From a virus: 64,000 nucleotides of DNA. The stretch spans positions 32,001 through 96,000 of the IMG/VR virus record IMGVR_UViG_3300030101_002520. One strand, given 5' to 3'. Positions 10,143-22,100 of the stretch are shown piece by piece. The notes below the pieces were generated by a model. It saw only the letters and a program-made list of their open reading frames with translations, was not told where the DNA came from and made no database searches. The stretch's first letter is position 1. Every line of letters starts with the position of its first letter. The position numbers were made by a program, and so were the translations under genes.

Positions 10143-13100
10143 ATGGCAGAAAATCCAAATATAGGGAACAATAAATTTATAAATCAAAATTATACACCAC
10201 CGGTAGATATAAACACAGGATCCGTACCTCAAATAAGTTCACAAGAACATCAGGATATTACTGATGCATTAAGAGAATCTACTATTCAATTTGATAGATC
10301 TTCTGAAATAGATCCTATGAGTTTAAAGTTTATAGATCAACAATCTAAAATTATTAATGAGCAAGAAACATTAAACCCTAGTAGATTTACATCCCCTTAT
10401 CCTGGTAATGCAACTCCTAATAGAAATCCATTTGCTTATAATACTGGTCAAAATGATCTTTCAACACAACAGGGTAGAAGAGATTATTTTGGATCTATAT
10501 TAGAAAGAGCTAATGGTATAAGTGATACAAGACCTCATGGTGGTGCTTGGCAAAATCCTATTATATACGGTAAAAGACAAGTTAATGCAGATAGATATTT
10601 AAGTCATCCTAGCTTTGATGATTTGGGTTTCCACCCTTATAGAGATAATGAAACATTCTATAATCAAAATAGTACATGGTATGATGATTTAGGTAGAACT
10701 AGTTCTGCTTTTGTTCAAATGTTTAAACCTGCTTTTACAAGTGGTTGGAGAGCTTTAGGTGATTTTATTAGTGGAGATGGTTTATCACAAGACTATATTG
10801 GAGCTGAAGCAATGCAAGATGCAATGAGAATAGCTTCATCAACTAGAGGTGGTATTACTGGATTTACGAATGATTTATATTTAAATAGTGCATACACATT
10901 TGGTATACTAGGTAGTATATTTGCTGAGGAGGTTGCTCTAGGTTTGGGTACTGTGGCAACTAAAGGTATGAGTTCATCTATTGCTGCACAAAGAACTGCT
11001 GGTAATTTTAAAAGACTATTTGATGCGGCTGATGCAATGAAGACAGGTGCAAGAAATATAGGAAACTTTTCTTACAATGTTATGAGAGATCTTGGTGCTG
11101 TAGACAAAGCAAAAGATTTTTATAACTATGCAAAAGGCAATATGTATGGGGATGAAGTAGGTAGATTTATATCAAACTTCTTTGCTCCAGAAACTACAAG
11201 AGCTCTTCAGACAATGAACTCTACAAAAAATACTGCTAAGAATGTATCTAATCTTTCTAAATTAAATACTACATTTGGTGCATTTTACAGAGATATAAGA
11301 CAATTTAATATTGCGTGGGCAGAATCTAAAATGGAAGGAGGTTTGCGTGAGATAGAAACTTTAGAAGAAGCTTATTTAAAAGCGTTACAAGAGAATGGTG
11401 GCAACCCTCTAACAGAAGAACAATATAATCTTATACATAGTAAATCTAAATCTGCAGGATTAGGAACAGCATTATTAAACTTTCCTATAATATATTTATC
11501 TAACAAGCTTGTATTTGATGGAGCATTAAGAGGATTTAAACCTTTAGCTAGACAACTTGATAATGCTAAATCAGGATTAGGCAGACAAATAATGAGAAAT
11601 ACTAAGGATGGTGTAGTAAATTCTGGCAAAAAAGCTTATGTAAATGTGGGTAGTGGTTTAAAAAGAATGTATAGAGAGGGTGTTGTAAATGGATTAAAAG
11701 CTGCAGGTGTTGCAGGTTTAAGATATAGTACAAGAAATTTTGCAGAAGGTTTTCAAGAATTAGCTCAGGAGCTAGTTAGTGCATCAGTTGGTGATTACTA
11801 TACAGGTTTATTTGATGAAGTTTTATCTGATTCTATGAATGCTAATGCAGCGGAACTTGAAAGTAGAGTTAAAAATGCTGAAGCTAGTATGGCACAAGCA
11901 ATAAGTTCTGGTCTGAATAATGAAGCTGTAGGTTTTAAAACATTTATGTCTGGATTTTTAATGGGTGGATTAGTTCAACCATTTCAAACTGTGATGTTTG
12001 AATATGTGCCTAATACCTATACTTATGTTACTGATAGAAAAAAGTATGATGCATATGCTAAAAAGAAAGAAGATTATATAAATGAGTCTACAAAGACACT
12101 AACTGAAATGTTTGATGATCCTAGAAATCTTTTTAAACTTACCAATTTAAATACACTTACACAAAAGCAACTTAATAAATTTATGTTATTATCATCATAT
12201 AATAATGATATAATGGCATTTAAAGATTCAAAAGATGCTGCAGCATTTCACCATGTGTTAACAATGCTTAGAGTAGGTAAAGCAGAAGACTTTAAAGCTC
12301 ATTTAAATGGTATACTTCAAATGAATGATGCAGATCTTCAAAATGCCTTTAAAGATACAGAAGCATCACCAGCAGAAATTAGAAAAAGATTTACTGGATT
12401 GATTGATAAGGTTGATACCATGAGAGATAGATTCAATAGATTTGATGATAAGTATATTAATCCTTATAATCCAGATAACTTTAAACAAGGTAGTAGACCA
12501 TGGGCTCAAGAAATAATTAGACAATCTGCATTTGAACATGCTAAGATGATGTTTATGTTTACTAATGATACTTATGAAAGATCTGTTGTTAGAATGGAAT
12601 CTATATTAAGTAATTTGTCTGTAAATCCTGTTATAGATAAAATGGCTGCTAATGATATAACTGCATTAACTAGTCAAAAAGGTATGCTTGCAGAGATAAA
12701 CATGCTAAAGGATGAAACATCTGTAGCCCCAGCTAGAAATGCTTCAGTAGAGTTAAAAGAACAATACAAGAATAAACAAGAAAAGTTAAAGATCTTTCAA
12801 GAGTTTTATGATACCTTTTATGCTAAAGATAATTACAAAATACTTAGCAGAACAAAAGATAAAGTTAAGTATGGTAAACTAAAAGTAAGTGGTAAAAATA
12901 AATTAAAGAAAGTATTTATTAAATTACTTGATCATCTTTCTAAAACTACTGGTGGTAGAATACAAGATAATGATGCAATAAATACAGCTTTTGAAATGAT
13001 TATTGATCATGAGTATTTAGCTGGTAGAGCTTCTGATTATTATCAAGCAGCAAGAATACTAGATGATCCATCTATCCTTAATGATTTAGCAGATAGATCT

Positions 13101-16100
13101 GCTGAAGCTATGAATAAAGTTTGGAATGATCAAAGAAAGAAGTTTAAAGTATACGGTAAATTAAAAAATTGGGTTGATAATCAGGAAAGAGCTAAAATAA
13201 TTTCTGATCTAGCAAAGGTAGGAATTTTTGCAGAGTCAGAACAAGCTAAGAATTTTATTGAGACTGGTCAACAACCAACAGAGTTTTTTAGTGAAGAAAG
13301 TAGACTAACAGCTATAACAGCTGAAGAAAATCCTAATGCTTGGAAAACTTTAACAAACATACTGAAAGGGTATCAAAAACAAAAAGAAGCTGAAGCAAGA
13401 GCTGCTAAAGATAAAGCTGGACAAGATCTTGAGATAAATAAAGAAGAGTTTGACAAAGATTCTGATCTTAGTGCTGGTGATGAAATAAATTCAGTTCCAG
13501 AAGTAGAGGAAGAAAGGGGAGCTCAGATATCATCAAACATACAACCAAGAATATACACACTAAAGGATTATCAACAGTTTATAGATCAAGATCCTGATAC
13601 ACAAGCTATACTTAATAAAAAGTATCAAGAGTATGAATATGCTTGGAATAAATTGGGTATAAAAAAATTATCAGGTAAAGAAGGTCAGATCTTAACTAAA
13701 AGTGAATGGGTTAATTCAAAAGAGGGCGGTGGTAAAATTGTTAAAGCAAGACACAGATTGTTTAGAACATACGCAATGCAATCACCTGGTATGAAGAACA
13801 AAACAACATTTGAAGAATATTTAACTAAGAATCAAGATCAACAATTTCTTATAAATGTTGTACAAGGATATGGTCTTAGAGTGGAAGATATACTTGTAGA
13901 TACAGTTATTAATGAGAATATAGCAGTTGAACAAGGTTTAGGTAGCAGAGATACAATAGTAGATACAGATAATGATTACTCTAAAAATAAAATTAAGATA
14001 GTTAGAAGAAGAAGATTTGCAACAGAAGAAGGTGTTGCAAGTGATTTCTTTATGGTTCTAACTCTTAATAATGAAAATACAGTTGATAAGTATGCAGGTC
14101 TTCCTAATGCAAATACTAATTTATCTACAACATATAAAACAGAAGCAGAAGCTATAGCTGCAGCTGATTGGTTAAGTATGAATATACCAGCTGCAAGTAA
14201 TTTTGATTTTACAGTAGAAGGTAAAGCTGAAGATGGATTTACAAGTGGAGAGATTGTTGTTAAAGATGGAAGAAGATATAGTGTAGAAAGTAAAGAGGAA
14301 GATAATAGCATGCTTGTAAAAGATTTAGAATCAGGTCAAGAAGAAACTATAGACGCAGGCAAGTTTGCATCAGAAGGTTGGACAAGATCTAAAGATGAAA
14401 AAATTCAAATAGCTGATATAAAAACTTCAACTAAACTATTTGTTGATAGGGCTTTACAAATACTTCCATTTGATCCAAATGCAGACTCTTATAAAACAAT
14501 GAATGATCCTCAGAAGGAAAAAATATTAAGAGCTCAAGCAAGAAAAGATTTTGAAAAAACATTACAACAATTAACTATTGATGAAATAAACAAATTAAAA
14601 TTTAGTATTGTAAAAGGTGAAGACTTTGAAAAGGTTATAACAAACACAGCTCCGTCTGACAGAGATGTATTTCCAGCTAGTGTTAATTATGATGAGAATA
14701 AACAAATAAGGGTTGGTGCTGCTAAGTATAGAGTTGTAATATACAAAGGAGATGAACCTTTTGCATTATTAGCTAGTCCTTATACAGCTACTATGGTAGA
14801 TTCTAAAGGAGAGAAAATAGATCCTTTAACAATTACACAAAAGCAAGCTGAGACATTATTTATAGGTGCAATAGCTGATCCAAGTGCATATAAAAAGATT
14901 AGAGCTAATTATGCTGCTGCATATGAAATAGAAAAGATATTTGAAGATGCATTAAAAAATTCTAAAGGTGATCAAGCTTTTATGTCTTTTAAAGACCTAC
15001 AAAAGAACAATATAGATATGCAGTTTACACCTGGTTTAATTCTATATAAGTCAGAAGAAGTGGTTAATGGCAAACAAATTAATAATGAATCAAGTATTGA
15101 AGAGTTAGCAAACAATGGCTTTACAGTTGCTGAGGGTGTTGGTACTGACGGTAATCCTTTATTCTTAATAGAAGATAACCAGATTATAGATAGAAAAGAA
15201 GGGGTAAGAGAAGAAGCATCTATTATAACAAATATATCTGTAAAAGATTCAAACACTCTTGATAAACTAAGAGCTGATATTAATGCATCTATGAGGCGTC
15301 AAGGTTTTGATACAAAGACAAAGCTAGGAAGATATGTTGGTTATGTTTATTCACCTGGTCTAGGTGAGTATACTGCCTTTGAATTAAAAGCAAAACCAAA
15401 ATCATTAGAGCAAGTAAATACATTATTTACAGAGTATCTTAATAGAATGGAAGATACTGTTAAAAATAATCTAGATAAAGGTAATGTAAAAGATGAATTG
15501 TATAATAGAGCTTTTAATACAGAAAAAGAACAAGATAATTTTATAGTAGGAAAAGGTAATCAACAATTTTCTATTAGTGTAACAAGTAGAGGTGATCTTA
15601 AATTTAGATATTATAATAGTGGTGTAAGAGGTGTTGGTATAAATATATTTTTAAAAGTAAAAGATGTAAAGAATCTTTTACAGTCAGAAGCTGGTGTTAC
15701 ATCTCTTTTAAAAAATATACAGAAAAAAGTAAACAATAAAATTAAAGCAGATAAGAAGCTGAATGATCTACAAAATCTTTTAATAAATCTTAATGCAGAA
15801 AACTTTAAAGACAGTTTACCAAAAGATATTAACTCTAACAGTAATAAGTATACCATAATAAATACTAAAATGGATGCTGTTATTGGTCCTAATGTAAGAT
15901 CTAAAATTTATGGTAATATAGTATTTAATGATACTTCCGCTATAAATAGTGCAATACAAACAGCATTAGATATACAAAGAGAAGCACCAGTAAAGACTTC
16001 AACTGTTACTGAAAAACCATTATCTAATGTTAGTTTAGAAGATACTGACTATTTTAAAAAACAATCAAAAGAGAAATTTGCAAATATAGATGAGTCTATA

Positions 16101-19100
16101 TTAAAAGAGATAGCTAATAAAATTGTTAAGGATGGTAAAGAAAGTTTAACGGAAAGAGAGAAATTAGCATTACAGAACACACCTAATAGTAGAAGGGTTA
16201 GTGAGTTTATGCTTGAGATTACTAGCAGGCAAGCTAGTTATAAAGCTCAAGAAGAAGCTGAGAACTCAGAAGAACAAAAAGAAGTTGACAGTGAATTAAA
16301 ATTACAAGACCAGTTAAGGGTTTTAAAGAAAGAAAAGTATGATAAATATTATCAAGAGAGATCTGTTGAAACTATAGATGGTCAACGTAATAGTAAGTAT
16401 ATAAAGAAAGAAGGAGAAAGAAGAAGGGCAGCTTTATCAGATGTAAGTCTAGATCCTGAGATACAAGATTTAACAAATAGAATAAATTCTGCACTTAAAG
16501 TAATTGATACAGAGTTTGATGGTAGAGACATAGAAGACATAAATAAATTTGTTACTTGGTTAAAAGCTAATCTACCTGAAGATATAGTAACTATAAAAGA
16601 TATAAATGATCTTTCTGAAAGATTAAAAAACAATGGTACTACTGTAGGAGCTTTTATTATGAGATTAAAAACACTACGTGGTAAGTCTAAAACTGTTGGG
16701 GAGATCTATACATCTAAAGAATCTCCATTTAGATATCATGAAGCATTCCATGCTGCGTTTAGATTATTATTAACTGAAGATCAAATTATAGACTTTTTAA
16801 ATGTAGCAAAGAAAGCTAAAAAAGCAGAACTTAAAAAAGAAGGTAAGAGTTTAGATCAAGCTTTAAAAGAACTTGCATTGCTAAGTCCTACATATTCTGC
16901 TATGAATAAAAAGGAATTAGAAGATACCTTATATGAAGAGTATTTAGCTGATGAGTTTGAAAAGTTTAAACAAAGCCCAACTAGTACAAAGATAGCTCCT
17001 AAAGTAAAAAGTTTCTTTACTAAGTTATTAGAAATGATAACAAAGATTTTTGAAAATGCATTTAAAGTATTTTCAGGATCTGCTTTAGTTGAGCAATCTA
17101 CAGATACTCAACTAAATAAATTATTCCAAGATATTGATTCTGGTAAATTTAAATCTTCTAAAACACAAGAGAACAGGTTTACAGATGCAGTTGCAGAAAC
17201 TAGTGGTGGTGTTTCTAACCCAGTATATGCTATAGTAGCAAAACAAACTGCAATTATACCAGTCACTGTAAGAAGAGCTGGAGAACTTATTACATTAAAT
17301 AGAAAAGTTGTAATACCATTTCCTGCAGAGCAAGTAGATAGTCTTGTAAAAAGAATTGCTGCAACATATACTCAACTTAAAAGTAGATTTGTACCTGCTA
17401 GAGAGACTCCAGCTTTTAGTAAATCTAAAGGTATAAGACAAGCTACTGATATGATTATTCAAATGTATGATCCAGGTAATTCACAATATGATCAGATTAG
17501 CAGTGATATAGAAAAGTTATTTGAATTAGAAGATATATATAATGCTTTAAATAATCCTGATAATAAAAAAGCATTGGCTAATGGTGTAAGAGATTATATT
17601 AATATTGTTGAAGAAGTAGACAATGTTTTAGAAGATAATATGGACGTGGCTAAAAACGAAGAGAGAGATGCTCCATATCAAATTGATGATAAGAGGAATC
17701 AGATGGCTGGTTTTTCTAATCTAAATGAAATGATAAGAATGTTTATTCTTACTACTACAGTTGATGTTCAAGATGATAGATTTGGAAATACTTTTGTAAA
17801 TCCTGATGCAGCTGAAGCAGATAGAATACCATTACAGGAGAGTGTTAACTATATTGAGGTGTTTAATGGATTGTTAAAAGCACTTTCTGGTACTGCTAAT
17901 CCTGCTACATCTCTAAGAAAGATGTCTATATTTGCTGAATCAAATAGAGAGACACAGGCTGTAGTTAACAGATTCTTTATGGAATTTTTTGGAAACAATG
18001 GACCTAAATTAATAAAAGACTTTGTAGAAGGTAGGTCTGAAATACCTACACCACAAGGCGCAAAAGGTGCAGAGTTTTTTCAAAAAACAATGAATGCTTT
18101 TCATCAGTTTAGAGTTGACTATATTGTAGGTCTTAAAGATAAGAAAACTGGTAATACAAGTTTAATTGCTGCAAACAAGAATGATGATACACATTGGCAG
18201 TTACAAAGATGGAGCAATTCATTTGATAACAAAGATTTAAGAAAAGGTACAGTTAGTTATAATACAATAATAGATGACTTAAAGAACTTAGAAACTCTTA
18301 TGACTTCAGGAGAAGTTTTAAGTGATTTAGAAGTTAGAGCAAAAGGGGAAAGTGTTGCGGAAGCTCTTAATAGACATTTAGGTATTGATATTTCACCTAA
18401 GTTTGTAGAGTACAGTTTATTATCTAGTATGGGTTCTTCTACACCTTATCAAAATAATCTATTAAGTTTATTTGAAGAGAGACCTATAACTATAAGTGAT
18501 GAGAATCAAAACTCTGATTTAACAGAAATTATAAAATCTTTACAGAGAGGCGAACAACTATATAATGAAACTAATAAAGAAGATTCTATAGAATCTGAAA
18601 AAGAAACATCAACAAATTATTCAGAGCAAACCTCTACTAATGCTCAGGGTGTATTTTATAGATTACAGAAATGGGCTATAGCTAATGCTGCTTTTGATGA
18701 AAAGGTTGGATCTACTGTAATGTTAGATCCAAAAGGTAATTATATATATACACATCAAACTCCTACATATCATTTAGAGATAGCACAAAAACTTAATTCT
18801 CAAAATGGTATTAATGATTTAATAAGTGAAAGACCTGACTTAGTTGCAAACACACTATTGCAAGATCCTAAGTTCTTAGCTCTTTCAGATGCACGTAAGT
18901 TAAGTATTATTAGAAGTTTAGGTACAAAAACAACAACCTTTACTGTTACAAATGATGGTCAAAAAATAGAGAATAAATCTTTAGATACTAATGATGATGC
19001 AAAAACATATGGTGACTATACTCCAGCTGAATTTTTAGCTGATAGGATAAATCTATATCTTCTTAATTTTAATGATCTAAATGGTAAGGTTGCACAAGAA

Positions 19101-22100
19101 AGTTTTTTTGAAGAAGATAAAGAATCACCTACAGTATTTACATACTCTCCTGTTTTACTTAGGGTAATGAGTGATTCTAATATGGGTGATATGCAAAACA
19201 TGCCTGTAATTAAAGTTCAAAGTAAAAAGAATACATTTGCTAAAGAGTATTTACAACAATGGGCAAATCTAATAAAGGATGATTATACAATTATACAAAC
19301 TAATAGTAAAGAACTAAGAGATGTTACATTATTTCCTGTAAGGAATGTACATAAAGGGTATAATGATATAGAAGCTTCTGATATTGATTTTACAAATGGT
19401 AATTTAAATCCTAATCTTGCAGATCCTAATAAAGCTAGAGGTTTTAAAATGGGTTTAGGTACGGCAGATGTATTAACAATAAGAAAGGTTGGAGAGCAAA
19501 AAGAGTTTGATGAAAGTTTAAAGTTGCATTTAGAAAAAGTAGCAAGAAGTTTTAAACCTGATGGCAGTCAGTATACTATAGAAGAGGCATATAAATCTTT
19601 TGTTAGTACTAAAACTGATGATTCAAGTGAAAGCGCACCAAAAAGAAATGCAGGAAGATTTATACTAGATGCTTTAGAAGCACAGTATAAAAGGTTTGAA
19701 AGTGAGCTAGAGGATTTAGGAGCTGATACTTTAGTTGATAATAGAATAAAAAAAGGTTTAGCAAAAACAGGAAATACAGAATTTAAAAATAATGCAAGAT
19801 TATCTCAAGCATTATTATTTTTAGGTACAGATGAAAGATCAAATCTAAGACAAATATATTTTAATAACTGGTTGCAAACTACACGTATTAATGATGTATA
19901 TCTACCTAATCAAAGCATGTCACTAAAAGATGCAGTAGATGCTATTAAGAGAGCTAAGATGCAAAATGCTGGTGGAGCAAATACAGAATCATATATATCT
20001 GCGCCTGAATTAGGTATAAATAAACCACTTCAAGAATTACATGTACTTATTGGTACTGATCCTTTAGTTAAGAAAAAGTATGATGTAGATGGTGAAGATC
20101 AAAAACCTGGAGAGCAAACAGATGGTCAAGGTTACATGACTACTAAAACTTTTAGAGCAACATGGTTTGGTTTAGGTAAGCTTACTGAGAATCAGGCAGA
20201 TATGTTAAATAAAATAGAAAATAATCAACCAATTACAGAAGAAGAATTTTTTGGTGCTGTAGAAGAAACAGAAGCAGGTTTAAGTAGTTTAGGTTATAAG
20301 GATTATAAATCTCAAATAAACTCTAAGAAGTATGTTTATGGAGACGGTAGTTTGTACTTTAAACTATCTTATACAGTTTTAACACCTGCTTTGGATAGTT
20401 ATGCTGATGGTACACCATTAGAAAGTAGGAGAAGGTTGTATAATTTAAGAACTACTTTGGAAGCCAAAGAAAAAAGGGATGATGTGTTTATGATGTATAT
20501 ACCAGAGTCTGCTTCTAAAATGCGTAAGACAGATATACTTGATAGAGAGACAAGTGAATTATTATTTGATCAAGGTCTTACTATTGGTGAAAGACTTGAA
20601 GGTTCACAAGTTATAACAGATATGGGTAAAAAGCTTGAAGATGCTATAGAAATTGTTCCTGCTAAATATATGAGACTACAACAAATAACTCCATCAAATA
20701 AAATGGAAGTTGTTGATCCTAGACAAATACAAAATCTTATTCTTAATGAGCAGAATGATGATCAAGATATTACTTATATGGGTGAATCCTTGAAAGTAAA
20801 AGATCTTAAAAAAATGTATCAATGGTCTATATCTAATAGAAAACAAATTAACTACTTTAATAGACATAGTTTAGTTTTTGATTTACAACATGGATTACAA
20901 TACTTACAAGAAGCTATTGATGAGAATAAAGTAACACCAGATCTAGATGCATTTGTTGATTATGCACAAAACTCCTTACAAGCATCACAAGCATCTACAT
21001 TATTATTAGAATACTTTTCTAAAGCTAAGAATGGAGAGTCTAGGTATGAATTAAATAATCCGGTTACAATACAAAAGTTTACGGAACTTATTATGAGTTT
21101 CTTTAGTAAGGGTGTAATTGCAGATAGGCAACCTGGTAAGGCTGTTGTGCTTGTATCTGATTATGGAATGGATGTGTATAAAAGGGTTGATGCAGTTGAT
21201 AATAATGGTACTCCTATAGCATGGACAGTGATAACAACAGAGGGTTGGAAACAATCATCTGCTCAACAAAGAGGTGCGTTAGTAGTAGATCCTACAGTAA
21301 ATCCAAATGGAGATGTAATAGGTTTATCTGAAGATCAAGTTTATGTTGATAGGCTAAGACATGATGTAGTTGAATATAAAAGAGATACTAATGGAAAGCT
21401 TATTAGAGAGGATGGGGAGTTAGTTTCTACTGGAGAAGTGTATACAGAGTTTATGTTACCTCCACACTTTAGAGAAGAGATGCAACTAAATCCTGGTGAT
21501 CCTATACCAGATGTAATAGCTAAACAGTTTGCAGTGCGTATACCATCTCAAGATAAACACTCTGCTATTAATTTAAAATTAGTTGATCACCTTCCTGTAT
21601 TCTATGGGTCATCCGGTGTATTTGCAAGAGAGTTATTAGAGATAACAGGATCTGACTTTGATATTGATAAATTTTATGTACATCATAAAGAGTTTTATGA
21701 AAATGAAAATGGTGAACTTGTAGAATATGGTAAAGGCAGAACTGCAGAAGAAAGGTATCAAGAATATCTAATGGCATCAGAGAAGGATATGTCAAAATCA
21801 GGAACAAATATTTTCTATGCATACAAGAAGTGGAGAGAAAGAAAAAGAACAGCTGATAAAGAAAAATACACAGATGTACAAGAAAAAATAAATAAAGAGT
21901 TTAATGAGTTTATACTTACTAGTGAAACAGGATTATTACTTAGTGGTCAAGATCCTAAAACATTAAAAGAAGCTTTTGCAAAAGAAAGAGGATATGATTA
22001 TGATTCAAAAGCTGATGAGTTTTATTTATCTCCTAACGAAGAAATTGGTGTTGAAGAACCAAATAAACAAGCAGCACTATTAGGATCTTTAAAGATTTTA